Of a DNA stretch of 64,000 nt, positions 32,131 through 41,429 are shown in pieces; positions within the stretch are counted from its first letter, which is position 1; the number at the start of each line of letters is the position of its first letter. Source of the DNA: an uncultured Chthonomonadaceae bacterium (GTDB lineage Bacteria > Armatimonadota > Chthonomonadetes > Chthonomonadales > Chthonomonadaceae); the NCBI GenBank assembly GCA_963817895.1, contig CAWFQB010000001.1:1408001-1472000 (forward strand). The letters run 5' to 3'. The position numbers and the translations under genes are program-made. The notes below the pieces were generated by a model. The model ran no database searches. It was not told the DNA's origin and saw nothing but the letters and a program-made list of their open reading frames with translations.

Positions 32131-33873
32131 CTACTGCACCGTCGTCGTGATATACGGCAGGTGTCCGAACAGGCTGTCGCGGACGTGCTGGACACGCGGC
32201 TTGACGAGTTCGAGGTCGCGCTGGAAATACAGGGGAACCCAGGGCGAGTCGTCTATGGCGATCTGCTCGGCCTGCTGATACAGGCTCATGCGTTTGGCGT
32301 GATCGTGTTCCCCGTCCGCTTTGTCGCACAGGGCATCGAATTGCGGGTTGCTGTAGCCGACGCCGTTCTCCTCGTGGTCTTCCTTGCCGTTCACTTTTTT
32401 ACTGGTGTGCAGCAGCAGGGACAAGTAGTTTTGCGGATCGGCGTAGTCCGCGCCCCAACGCAAATGGGAAAGCGGCATGGTTTTGGCTGTGCGCTCTTTC
32501 AGGAAGTCGGGCCAGGGCATCGGCTGCGGCTGCGTGTCAATATTCAGGTTGTCCTTCAACTGTTGCGCGATCACTTCCGACGTGCTTTGCACCTGCGGCA
32601 TGTCGTTGCGGAACGTGAGCGGCATTTTGGGGAAGCCCTTGCCGTCCGGGTAGCCGGCCTGCGCGAGCAGTTTTTTCGCCAGCGCGACATCGAATGTCAG
32701 CGGTTTGCAGGTGGAAACGTAATCCCCCATGTGCGGCGGCACAATGCCGGTCGCAATGTCCGCCTGTCCTTTCAGCGCGACACGAACCACTGCTTCCGGG
32801 TCAATGGCGTGGGCGAACGCCTGCCGCACTTCCTTCTTCTTGAAGGGCGAGTCCGCGCTTTCCTGATTCAGAGCGACGTACCACGTCGCGGCGCGGGGAA
32901 ACGTTTTCAGGTCGTTTTTCAGGCTCGCGTCGCCATTGATATGGTCGAGGTCGCGGGCGGACACGTCTACAATATCTAGTTCCCCGGCCTCGTAGCTGTT
33001 CAGCCGGGTTGCGCCCTCCGTCATAATCGGGCGAAAAATGCCGTCCAGTTTGGGCTTGCCCGCATAGTAATTGGGGTTGGCGTCGAGGGTGACGGACGTG
33101 CCTTTCGCGTAGCTTTTGAACTGGAAGGGGCCGGTTCCGATGCCCGAAGTTTCGTCCACCTTGCCGCCGGTTTTCTCAATCTCTTCTTTACACACGGCAA
33201 ACGCGCAGGGATACGTCATGTTCCCCATCCAGTAGGGTTTGAAACTGGTGAGCGTAATTTGCAGCGTGTATGGGTCTACCACCTTTACGCCGTCAATGGG
33301 CGGGGGCGTTCCGGTCCCGGTTTTGAAATTCAGCCGCTCTTTCGCGCCCTTGATGTCGCCCAGATAACTTGGGGCGGTGGGGGAGGCAAGAGTGGGGTCA
33401 CACGCGCGCTCGAAACTGTATTTGAAATCGTTCGCCGTCACTTCGCGCCCGTTCTTCTGGAACTTCACGCCATGCCGCAGATGAAACGTGTAGGTCACGC
33501 CGTCCGGTCCGAGTTCCCATTTTTCCGCCAGTGAGGGCGCGATGTTGTTCTGCTCGTCCCAGCGCACCAGACCCTCGAACACGTTTTGCAGCAGGTCAAT
33601 CGTGGTTCCGTCCTCCACTTTGGCCGGGTCCAGCGTGGTCGGTTCGGAAATCAGCGGGTAGCGCAGAACGTTGCCCGTCGGGCCGCTGCCTGCGCCCGAC
33701 TTCGCGCCGGACGCGCCATCGGCGCTGACATGTAAACTGTCCTGCTGCTTGCCCGTTGAACACCCGGCAGTCAGCATCAGCCCGATTCCCGCCGCTGCCA
33801 TACGCGCCCACGTTGCCCGAACCCGGCGCGGCTGTTTCATGCTATCCAAAAAGGGGAAAACCGTTCCCTTCAC
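32131..33873 (-). CDS. oppA: Oligopeptide ABC transporter substrate-binding lipoprotein OppA
   Basis: Lipobox TAGC, EPTTLDPA, VFEGLV, GTGPF and WGADYADP motifs. Confidence 0.93.
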   Translation of the reverse strand: MKGTVFPFLDSMKQPRRVRATWARMAAAGIGLMLTAGCSTGKQQDSLHVSADGASGAKSGAGSGPTGNVLRYPLISEPTTLDPAKVEDGTTIDLLQNVFEGLVRWDEQNNIAPSLAEKWELGPDGVTYTFHLRHGVKFQKNGREVTANDFKYSFERACDPTLASPTAPSYLGDIKGAKERLNFKTGTGTPPPIDGVKVVDPYTLQITLTSFKPYWMGNMTYPCAFAVCKEEIEKTGGKVDETSGIGTGPFQFKSYAKGTSVTLDANPNYYAGKPKLDGIFRPIMTEGATRLNSYEAGELDIVDVSARDLDHINGDASLKNDLKTFPRAATWYVALNQESADSPFKKKEVRQAFAHAIDPEAVVRVALKGQADIATGIVPPHMGDYVSTCKPLTFDVALAKKLLAQAGYPDGKGFPKMPLTFRNDMPQVQSTSEVIAQQLKDNLNIDTQPQPMPWPDFLKERTAKTMPLSHLRWGADYADPQNYLSLLLHTSKKVNGKEDHEENGVGYSNPQFDALCDKADGEHDHAKRMSLYQQAEQIAIDDSPWVPLYFQRDLELVKPRVQHVRDSLFGHLPYITTTVQ

Positions 33874-34009
33874 GTTGTACTCTCCTTAACCGTTCTGACA
33901 AAAGTTGCATGGTTGTCTAATCGCGTTCTATTGTACCCAAGACGGCTGAATTCCTGCTTGGTCACAAGTTTGCAACTCCAATGCGAACGCGTCTAAAATC
34001 GCTGAAATT

Positions 34010-34031
34010 CTTAACACTGTCTTAATAATGC
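34010..34031 (+). promoter_or_regulatory. Possible Pho-box-like direct repeat
   Basis: CTTAAC (34010) and CTTAAT (34021) with 11-bp periodicity upstream of the phosphate operon. Confidence 0.35.
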
Positions 34032-34107
34032 GCTGGTACACTGTTTTTGAAAGCAGATGTGAGGTATTGCAGTTGACGGGAGTTGGGTTCTGGCGCGGGG
34101 CTTGTGT

Positions 34108-34140
34108 CTTACCCCTTACCCCTTACCCCTTATCCCTTAA
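34108..34140. repeat. Heptamer repeat (CTTACCC)x3-4 before the DUF47 RBS
   Basis: Read directly. Confidence 0.9.
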
Positions 34141-34156
34141 TATGGGAGGATATTGC

Positions 34157-34783
34157 ATGGCAGCCCTGTTCGGAAAAGATTTGACGTTTTATACTCTGCT
34201 GGAAGAGCAGGCGAACGCGGCGGTTTCCATTGCCCGAATGTTCCAGAGTCTGTGCGCCGACCTGGGGCAGGCCGCGCAGTATGCGGAAAAGGCCGAGAAA
34301 ATCGAAAACGACGCGGACGGTGTGGGGCGGCAACTGCTGGCGAAGGTGGATTCGACGTTCGTGACGCCGATGGACAAGGAAGACTTGCACGCGCTTTCCA
34401 CCGCGATTGAGGATATTACGGACAACATCGAAGCGGCCATTGCCCGCGTGTCTCTATTCCGCCTGACGCCCATCAACGAGGGGCTGCCAATTATGGTGAA
34501 TTTACTGGTGGACGCGACGGAAGCCATTCGCGATGCTATCGGCAACCTGCGCGCGCTCCACAGCCGCGATACCATACAGGCCAATCTGGACCGTATTCAC
34601 GGCATCATTAACGACAGTGACAAGCAATTTCGGCAGGCGCTTGCGAACCTGTTCAACATGCCCAACCCGGATCCCATTCTGACGCAAAAATGGAACCAGG
34701 TATACGACCGTGTAGAGGAGGCGGTGGATAAGTGTGAAATCACTGCCGACATCATAGGAAGCGTGGTGATCAAGTATGCATAA
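34157..34783 (+). CDS. DUF47 phosphate transport regulator
   Basis: IENDAD, TFVTPMDKED and E…DKCE…VVIKYA motifs; GGAGG RBS; precedes pit. Confidence 0.9.
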   Translation: MAALFGKDLTFYTLLEEQANAAVSIARMFQSLCADLGQAAQYAEKAEKIENDADGVGRQLLAKVDSTFVTPMDKEDLHALSTAIEDITDNIEAAIARVSLFRLTPINEGLPIMVNLLVDATEAIRDAIGNLRALHSRDTIQANLDRIHGIINDSDKQFRQALANLFNMPNPDPILTQKWNQVYDRVEEAVDKCEITADIIGSVVIKYA

Positions 34784-35810
34784 CTTTACGCTCCTGTTGA
34801 TTCTGATCGTCATTTTCGCTCTCGCTTTTGACTTCATCAACGGCTTTCACGACACGGCCAACGCCATCGCAACCGTTGTCGCCACCCGCGTTCTGACGCC
34901 CCGCGTCGCCATCATAATGGCGGCCACCCTGAACTTTCTCGGCGCGATCAATTCCACAGGCGTCGCCAAAGCGATTTCCAGCGGCCTGGTTCGGGAAGCC
35001 AGTCTGACAATGGTGCTGGCGGCTCTGATCGGCGCAATTACCTGGAACCTGATCACCTGGTTTTTCGGTATTCCAAGCAGTTCCTCCCACGCTTTATTCG
35101 GTGGGCTGGTGGGCGCGGCATTGGCGCATAAGGGCTTCGGAATTATCATCTGGAGTGAGATAGATGCCAAAGGGCAGCATGTCGGCCTGCTGTGGAAAGT
35201 ATTTATACCGCTGTTCACATCGCCCCTGGTAGGTTTTATCATCGCGTTTACGGTGATGAAGGTGATTTACACGCTGTTCGCAACCATGCACCCGCGCAAA
35301 GTGGGGCGCGTGTTCCGCGTTCTGCAAATGTGTTCCGCAGCGGCCATGTCGTTCATGCACGGCAGCAACGACGCGCAGAAGAGCATGGGAATTATCACGC
35401 TGGCGCTGGTCACGCAGCATGTCCTTGTCGCCAAACCCGGCGGCGCGGAAATACCCCGCGAAGTGATTCTAATGTGCGCTATAGCGATGGCGCTCGGCAC
35501 GTCGGCGGGCGGCTGGCGCATCATGGGAACGCTGGGACACAAAATCATTCGACTCGAACCGGTACACGGCTTCGTGGCGGAAACCGCGTCGGCAATCACG
35601 ATTTACATTGCGGACATGTTTCATTCGCCGGTCAGCACCACGCACGTCATTTCGGGCAGCATCTTCGGCGTGGGAGCCGCAACGCGCCTGCGGGCGGTGA
35701 AGTGGGGCGTGGCGCAGCGCATGGGCATCGCCTGGCTGCTGACGATCCCCTCTGCGGGACTGGTGGCCGCGCTGGCCTATTTCATTCTGAATGGTCTGGG
35801 CGTAAAATAG
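34776..35810 (+). CDS. pit: PiT family inorganic phosphate transporter
   Basis: NGFHDTANAIAT, PSSSSHA, HGSNDAQK and PVSTTH motifs. Confidence 0.95.
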   Translation: MHNFTLLLILIVIFALAFDFINGFHDTANAIATVVATRVLTPRVAIIMAATLNFLGAINSTGVAKAISSGLVREASLTMVLAALIGAITWNLITWFFGIPSSSSHALFGGLVGAALAHKGFGIIIWSEIDAKGQHVGLLWKVFIPLFTSPLVGFIIAFTVMKVIYTLFATMHPRKVGRVFRVLQMCSAAAMSFMHGSNDAQKSMGIITLALVTQHVLVAKPGGAEIPREVILMCAIAMALGTSAGGWRIMGTLGHKIIRLEPVHGFVAETASAITIYIADMFHSPVSTTHVISGSIFGVGAATRLRAVKWGVAQRMGIAWLLTIPSAGLVAALAYFILNGLGVK

Positions 35811-35868
35811 CGTTCCTGTTCCCGTAAATATATTCATAGATTGATTCGGCACGGCAAGAAAGACGATT

Positions 35869-36564
35869 ATGACGACAACGGAAGCGCCATTCAAGGGAGA
35901 AATCGGTCGGCTCCAGGATCGCATATTGGAAATGGCGACATGCGCCGATCATATGGTCGCGCTCGCCATCGAATCCCTGATTACCGGCAATCTCGCGCTG
36001 GTGAAAGAGGTGTTGAAACGCGACGATACGGTTGACCGGCTTGATCTGGACATTGAGCGGCAATGCCTGACCATTATCGCCACGCGCTCACTCGCGGATC
36101 GCGACCTGCGCATCATCGGAACCGCGCTGAAAATCAGCACGGACATCGAGCGCATCGGGGATTATGCGGTAGACATCGCCAAAATCGGGCGGCGTATCGT
36201 AAAAGCGCAGGACATGTACCGTCCCCTCGTGGATTTGCCCCGACTGGCCCAACTCAGCCGCAACATGCTGCACGACGCCCTCCGCGCCTTCATTGATCAG
36301 GATTTGGTTCTGGTGGAACAGGTAATCGCTGCCGATGACGCCGTAGACAAGCTGTACCATCAGATACGCAACACCCTCACCCACACGCTGACGCAGGAAC
36401 CCGCGCGCGGATTGGTGGCGCTGAACGTGATGTTTGCCGCCAAGTACCTGGAGCGCATCAGCGATCACGTCGTCAACATCGCCGAGCGCGTCAACTTCAT
36501 CGAAACGGGCTGCCTGCCCCACATGGATATGAACGACCTGCTGCAAAAGGACGAGGATGTATAA
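35869..36564 (+). CDS. phoU: Phosphate signalling protein PhoU
   Basis: DIERIGDYAVDIA and LERISDHVVNIAE repeats. Confidence 0.95.
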   Translation: MTTTEAPFKGEIGRLQDRILEMATCADHMVALAIESLITGNLALVKEVLKRDDTVDRLDLDIERQCLTIIATRSLADRDLRIIGTALKISTDIERIGDYAVDIAKIGRRIVKAQDMYRPLVDLPRLAQLSRNMLHDALRAFIDQDLVLVEQVIAADDAVDKLYHQIRNTLTHTLTQEPARGLVALNVMFAAKYLERISDHVVNIAERVNFIETGCLPHMDMNDLLQKDEDV

Positions 36565-36644
36565 TCCCAGGCACAGCAATTAATCGCGATACCACCATTG
36601 ACTTCATTCTTGACCTGGCGGGGCCGCTTTCGCCGTTTGTCTCC

Positions 36645-37205
36645 TTGCAGCAGCTTGACGACTATCGCGAAGGCTGGATTGCGCAGGCTTTGTTGCCGCA
36701 TCTGGATATTCTGCTGGATATTGTTCTGCATCCCCCGGACTTGAGTCGCTACTCAGAGAGTGACCAAAATGATTTTCATTACGAACTGCAAACTTTGCTG
36801 GCAGACCTGGCAAGGCGGGAACCGGCAGTGACAATCCCTAAACTAACCCCTCTCATCAAAGCAGCGCCGCTCAAAACGCCAATCATCTACGCGCTTGCCG
36901 ATGTCGCCAGTTTCGAAAGTTACCGGATGCGCGGCAAGAATAGAGAGTGGAAGAGTTCGGCAGACACGTCCCTGATAGACCTGGCAATCACAGCTTTGTG
37001 GTCGCTGCATAATGAGGCAGACCAACTCTCCAATGACGAAGTAGTGTGGTGGGCGGAGGGGCTTTGCGCTATCGGCGGACCAACAAAACCCCTTGTGCTG
37101 CAACTCTACCGGGAACTGCCCGCGAGTAGGGCAGACGCGCGGCAAGAGATAGAGATATACCTTGATCCCAACACGGAAGAATGGAAGCCGATCAATCAGG
37201 GCTAA
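36645..37205 (+). CDS. Hypothetical protein, 5' end uncertain
   Basis: 186-aa helical ORF in an AT-richer gap. Confidence 0.5.
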   Translation: MQQLDDYREGWIAQALLPHLDILLDIVLHPPDLSRYSESDQNDFHYELQTLLADLARREPAVTIPKLTPLIKAAPLKTPIIYALADVASFESYRMRGKNREWKSSADTSLIDLAITALWSLHNEADQLSNDEVVWWAEGLCAIGGPTKPLVLQLYRELPASRADARQEIEIYLDPNTEEWKPINQG

Positions 37206-37526
37206 ACCGAATGTGGCTTTTGACGGTATGTTTATTTCGCAAGCGGGCAGACGGTTACAAAGACGGTTTGCAGGTCGTCCGTAAGCAGGAAAGGATAACT
37301 GCTCTGCTGAGACTAAAAAGAGTTATGTGAAAGGAACGGAAGAACATGGCATGAACCGGTAGTGTTGTCAGGAAGATGACACGCCAAAAGGAATTCATGC
37401 CCATGCGTTACCCGAAGTCTGTGATGGTTGTCGAATTGCTGATTATCGCGGCCCTCTTCGCCCCGTATCTGCGCCAATTGACTTGCGAACCGCAGAAAGG
37501 TACAATGGACACAAGGAGAGAAGACA

Positions 37527-38609
37527 ATGGCGGAAGTAATCGCAGACATAACAGAACAGCAGGTACTAGAGGCGTTGCGGGTCGTGGAAGACCCGGACTT
37601 GCATCGGGACATCGTAACGCTTGGCTTCGTGAAAGACATCAAAATCTGTGACGGCAATGTAGCCTTCAAGGTGGAACTGACCACGCCCGCGTGTCCCGTA
37701 AAAGATTTGCTGAAAATGCAGGCGCATGACGCGGTAGCGAAACTTCCGGGCGTTACGCTCGTCACTGTAGAAATGACGGCGCAGGTGCGCGGGCAGAAGA
37801 ACGTCGGTCAGGCGTTGATACCCGGCGTCCGGCATGTGATCGCGGTCGCGAGCGGCAAGGGCGGCGTGGGCAAAAGCACGGTCGCCGTGAATCTGGCGGT
37901 CGCGCTGGCGCAGATGGGCGCGAAAGTGGGCCTGATGGACGCGGACATTTACGGCCCGTCCCTGCCCCTGATGATGGGCGTGGACAAAAAACCCCTGCTG
38001 AAAGAGACGCCGGAAGGCCCCAAAATGGTTCCGGTTGCCTGTCACGGCGTGCTGATGATCTCGCTCGGCTTTCTGCTGGACCCGGACAAGGCCGTTATCT
38101 GGCGCGGGCCGATGGTGGCGGGAACCGTGCGGCAGTTGCTCGGTGACGTGTTGTGGGGCGAACAGGATTACCTGATTGTGGATTTGCCGCCGGGAACGGG
38201 TGACGCGCCCCTGACACTCGCGCAGCAGGTTCCGATTTCGGGCGTGGTCGTGGTAATGACGCCGCAGCACGTCGCGCAGGAGATCGCCAACAAGAGTATT
38301 CAGATGTTCCGAACCGTCGGGCAGGGACAAAATCGCGCGATTCCCATTCTGGGCGTTGTGGAGAATATGAGCGGCGGCGTGTTCGGCAGCGGCGGGGGCG
38401 AACGGGCGGCGCAGAAATTGAACGTGCCGTTTCTGGGCCGCGTTCCGCTGGACGGCGCGATTTCGGATGCGGGGGACGCCGGTGTTCCCGCTCTGCTCGC
38501 CCTGCCCGGTTCTGCGTATGCCGACGCTTTCCGCGACATCGCCAAAACCCTCGCCGCGCAGGTCAGCATCCTGCAATACGCGCGGGAACAGAGCGAACCC
38601 GGAACGTAG
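37527..38609 (+). CDS. apbC: Mrp/ApbC iron-sulfur cluster carrier ATPase
   Basis: N-terminal DUF59 (LTTPACP), SGKGGVGKST, DADIYGPS, WRGPM and DLPPGTGD motifs. Confidence 0.93.
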   Translation: MAEVIADITEQQVLEALRVVEDPDLHRDIVTLGFVKDIKICDGNVAFKVELTTPACPVKDLLKMQAHDAVAKLPGVTLVTVEMTAQVRGQKNVGQALIPGVRHVIAVASGKGGVGKSTVAVNLAVALAQMGAKVGLMDADIYGPSLPLMMGVDKKPLLKETPEGPKMVPVACHGVLMISLGFLLDPDKAVIWRGPMVAGTVRQLLGDVLWGEQDYLIVDLPPGTGDAPLTLAQQVPISGVVVVMTPQHVAQEIANKSIQMFRTVGQGQNRAIPILGVVENMSGGVFGSGGGERAAQKLNVPFLGRVPLDGAISDAGDAGVPALLALPGSAYADAFRDIAKTLAAQVSILQYAREQSEPGT

Positions 38610-38632
38610 TTGGAAACCAAAAGGACATAGAA

Positions 38633-39010
38633 ATGCAGCTACCAGCCTCTTCGGGCAAAAAATGTTCGCAGTGCAACGCGCCTGCGGAACTCGACGCCCT
38701 CCTGTGCGATACGTGCGGCAGAGTGTTCCCCATGCAGTCGGCGTCCGCGCCGATGATGCCGCCCCCCTCCGTGACCGTCGCGCGGGCGCGGGTTTCTCCC
38801 GCCCGCCAGATGTTTGCAGGGAGTGTCTTTATCCTTGCCGGAATTGGGGCGGCGTTCGGCTTTCATACATGGTACGCCAGTCAGGACGAAGACCGCGCCC
38901 GCTCGACGCAAAGCAAACAGCCCCCACCCAAAACGATTGTCGCGGGACACGCCCTGCCGTCCACCACTCCCAACCCGCAATTCTATCACGCCGCAACCCA
39001 TCATAATTAG
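38633..39010 (+). CDS. Zinc-ribbon single-pass membrane protein
   Basis: CSQC…CDTC followed by one transmembrane helix; AAGGA RBS. Confidence 0.7.
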   Translation: MQLPASSGKKCSQCNAPAELDALLCDTCGRVFPMQSASAPMMPPPSVTVARARVSPARQMFAGSVFILAGIGAAFGFHTWYASQDEDRARSTQSKQPPPKTIVAGHALPSTTPNPQFYHAATHHN

Positions 39011-39083
39011 CGAAACCACAGAGTAACAGCAAGTCGAACAAGGCTTTTCCTGGTGGCTAACAACCTGATGACCTGACAACTAA

Positions 39084-39187
39084 TAGCCTGTCCCAATAGG
39101 CCGGGTACAGAGAACGTACCCGTCTGAGTGGCCTGCGGCCAAGCGTCCTTCGGACGCAAATGCAATCGCCTATTGGGATAGGCTCTA
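39084..39187. mobile_element. MITE-like structured element
   Basis: Ends AGCCTGTCCCAATAGGC / GCCTATTGGGATAGGCT enclose three internal hairpins; a matching end occurs at 26013. Confidence 0.6.
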
Positions 39188-39344
39188 ACAACCTTCCTCC
39201 CCTTCCTCCCTAACTCCCGCATTGCTGCGAGTGAGACTCTTGGCCGACTTCTGGCACAATAGAAGTATGCTTCCTGCCGCTGCGGGAGGAACCTGATACC
39301 GGTTCCTCCCGCAGCGCCCGGGAGCGCGGAAAGGAGGAAATCAC

Positions 39345-39608
39345 ATGTCTGTTCGCATAGATGCGTCGGGCGCGGCGCAGGCCATCACGCGCGCCGCTTA
39401 CGACAACAACCGCTCTCGATCCGACGCGCCACCCGCGTCCGAGTCGAAACCTGTGGCCCTCACGCCGGAACGCGCCGCCGACCTGACGCGGCAGTTGGAA
39501 AATCGTCTCAACACGGATATTGCGCGTATCCGGCAGCGCGTGGATACCCCGGACGCGGCCTCGTCCCCCTCCAAAAGCGCAGGCCGTGTTCTGGATATTC
39601 GCGCCTGA
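39345..39608 (+). CDS. Small hypothetical protein ending GRVLDIRA
   Basis: AAGGAGG RBS; upstream hairpin at about 39278-39316. Confidence 0.7.
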   Translation: MSVRIDASGAAQAITRAAYDNNRSRSDAPPASESKPVALTPERAADLTRQLENRLNTDIARIRQRVDTPDAASSPSKSAGRVLDIRA

Positions 39609-39610
39609 AT

Positions 39611-41176
39611 TCATTTCAGGAGAAACGCCAGCAGTTGCGCCAACCGCTGTGTCGTATGCGCGTCGCCGGGGCGCAGTTTCAGCGCGCCCACGCCCGCCGC
39701 GCCGAACGGATGTTCCTGTGAGGCGACAGGATACGCATACACTTCTGAGGAAGCCGCCGCTTCACCGGGAACCGGGCCGGGAAACAGACACCATGCGGCT
39801 TCTACGGGCGACACAGCAAAGCGGGTCTGCGTACCGCGCCGCGCGATGGCGTCCCGGTACGCATGCATTTTGTTCACATCCTCCTGCGCGTCCGCCATCT
39901 GCGCATACGGCCTGAATTTGGGGTCCAGAATGTACAGCCGCCCATCCCGATGCAGAACCATATCCGGCTGCATGGCATGGGAGCGCGAACCAAACGCGAA
40001 CCCGTCCCCTTCTCCCTCCGAATGCGCCGCCTGCTGATTGGCGCTGGAAAACAGAGGCTGGTAGTAAAGGGAGACAAAGGATGAAGGATGAAGGATGAGG
40101 GATGAGTTTTTAGTTGAGAGTTGAGAGTTGAGAGTTGATAGGAACTCCTTTTCTCGTATCTCTCCTTTTCTCCTTTTCTCCTTTTCTCCTTTTCTGTTTT
40201 CTGTCTTCTCAAAGTCAAGCCGGGAGGCGCGGCCGGTGGCGGGGACGAGGCGCAGGCCGCGCGGGGTGGCTTGCAGCAGATTTCCGCGCTTCAGTTTCCA
40301 GCCGGCTTGATGCAGCGCAACAGCGGTTTGCAGCAGGCACCAGATTTCATAGAGATGCCAGGGTTCCAGGGCAGGCAGGGTGAGCAGGGAACTGTGTGTC
40401 CAGTCGAAATCCAGCGGGCAGGCCGACTGCCGCCACGCGCTGTAAAGCGTTTGATATGGTACCGCACAGCGCGGTATCCTGTCGGCGCAGAGTTCGGGCG
40501 CGGCTTCGCGGCTTGAAAGCGGAGGACACTCGCGCAGCGCGGGATGGGAGCGCAAACTTCGCGCGGTTTTTGCCAGTCGCAGGGCCATTTCCGCTTCGGG
40601 CGCAGCGTCGCAAAACGCCGCCAGCCGCGCCAGTTCGGCAGCTTCGCGGGCAAAATCGGTCAAAATACGCGCGGACAGGCGATTGGCCCACGTATTCGCG
40701 GACAGCGCGGGACGGGATTCCAGTACGGCGGTATCACTCAAAGGCGCGACACTATCGGCTTGAAAGCGTTGCCAGGCGGCGGCCAATCGCGGCGAGCGGG
40801 CCACCACATTCGCCGTCTTCGGACCGCCCCGCGCCTGCGCCAATCGTATCGGTTGCGCCTCGTCAATCAGCCGCGTATCCGTTCCGCGCAAAATCGCCGC
40901 AAGCGCGGGCTGCATCTCCTGCCACAGCGCGGACAGCAGATGCAGGCGTTCCAGTGGCGAGGTTATCGCGCGGGCGCGCGGACGGCGGACAGGGGATGCG
41001 GCAATCGTTTCCGCTTTCGGAAATGACTCCGCTTCCCTGATTTCCCCGGAAGACTGGCCGAGTACAAACGCGATGCGCCCGATGTCTTCCAGCAGCGCGC
41101 GCCGCTCCCAGGCTGTCAGCCGCGCCCCCTCTTCGCGTTCTCCGATTAATCCTGCCATTTGCGGCGTTTCAGGCAT
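39611..41176 (-). CDS. DUF2357/PD-(D/E)XK (McrC-like) nuclease domain protein
   Basis: LYEIWC, MQPD, ILDPKFR and KMHAYRDAI motifs; in-frame repeat insertion. Confidence 0.82.
   Translation of the reverse strand: MPETPQMAGLIGEREEGARLTAWERRALLEDIGRIAFVLGQSSGEIREAESFPKAETIAASPVRRPRARAITSPLERLHLLSALWQEMQPALAAILRGTDTRLIDEAQPIRLAQARGGPKTANVVARSPRLAAAWQRFQADSVAPLSDTAVLESRPALSANTWANRLSARILTDFAREAAELARLAAFCDAAPEAEMALRLAKTARSLRSHPALRECPPLSSREAAPELCADRIPRCAVPYQTLYSAWRQSACPLDFDWTHSSLLTLPALEPWHLYEIWCLLQTAVALHQAGWKLKRGNLLQATPRGLRLVPATGRASRLDFEKTENRKGEKEKRRKGEIREKEFLSTLNSQLSTKNSSLILHPSSFVSLYYQPLFSSANQQAAHSEGEGDGFAFGSRSHAMQPDMVLHRDGRLYILDPKFRPYAQMADAQEDVNKMHAYRDAIARRGTQTRFAVSPVEAAWCLFPGPVPGEAAASSEVYAYPVASQEHPFGAAGVGALKLRPGDAHTTQRLAQLLAFLLK
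40077..40206. repeat. Composite tandem repeat block within a CDS
   Basis: (AAGGATG)n and (GTTGAGA)n, then (CTCCTTTT)n; translates as KGEKEKRRKGE…LSTLNSQLST…LILHPSSF. Confidence 0.9.
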
Positions 41177-41429
41177 CCCGACGACTCTCCTGTTTCGGTT
41201 CTTTTCCCATTCTATCAATATACCGGCAAATTTCGCGTATTTTCTTTGCAAAAAGAGGAACATGTGGGCGCGGCATACAATCATACCGAAATAATCTGAC
41301 AGACATTACTGACCGATGATATAGTCAGCGATTCTTGAGCGCGTACTATAATTTACCCTACCTCAAGCGCAGCAGGTTTGTAGTCAATTAGGCATATATG
41401 CCGTTAGATTGGAGAGTGGAGAGTACGTG

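Noticed and set aside
39084..39187. c-di-GMP riboswitch or hammerhead ribozyme
   Set aside because: Only a GGACGCAAA fragment matches; the core consensus elements (GAAA tetraloop/receptor, CUGANGA…GAAA) are absent.
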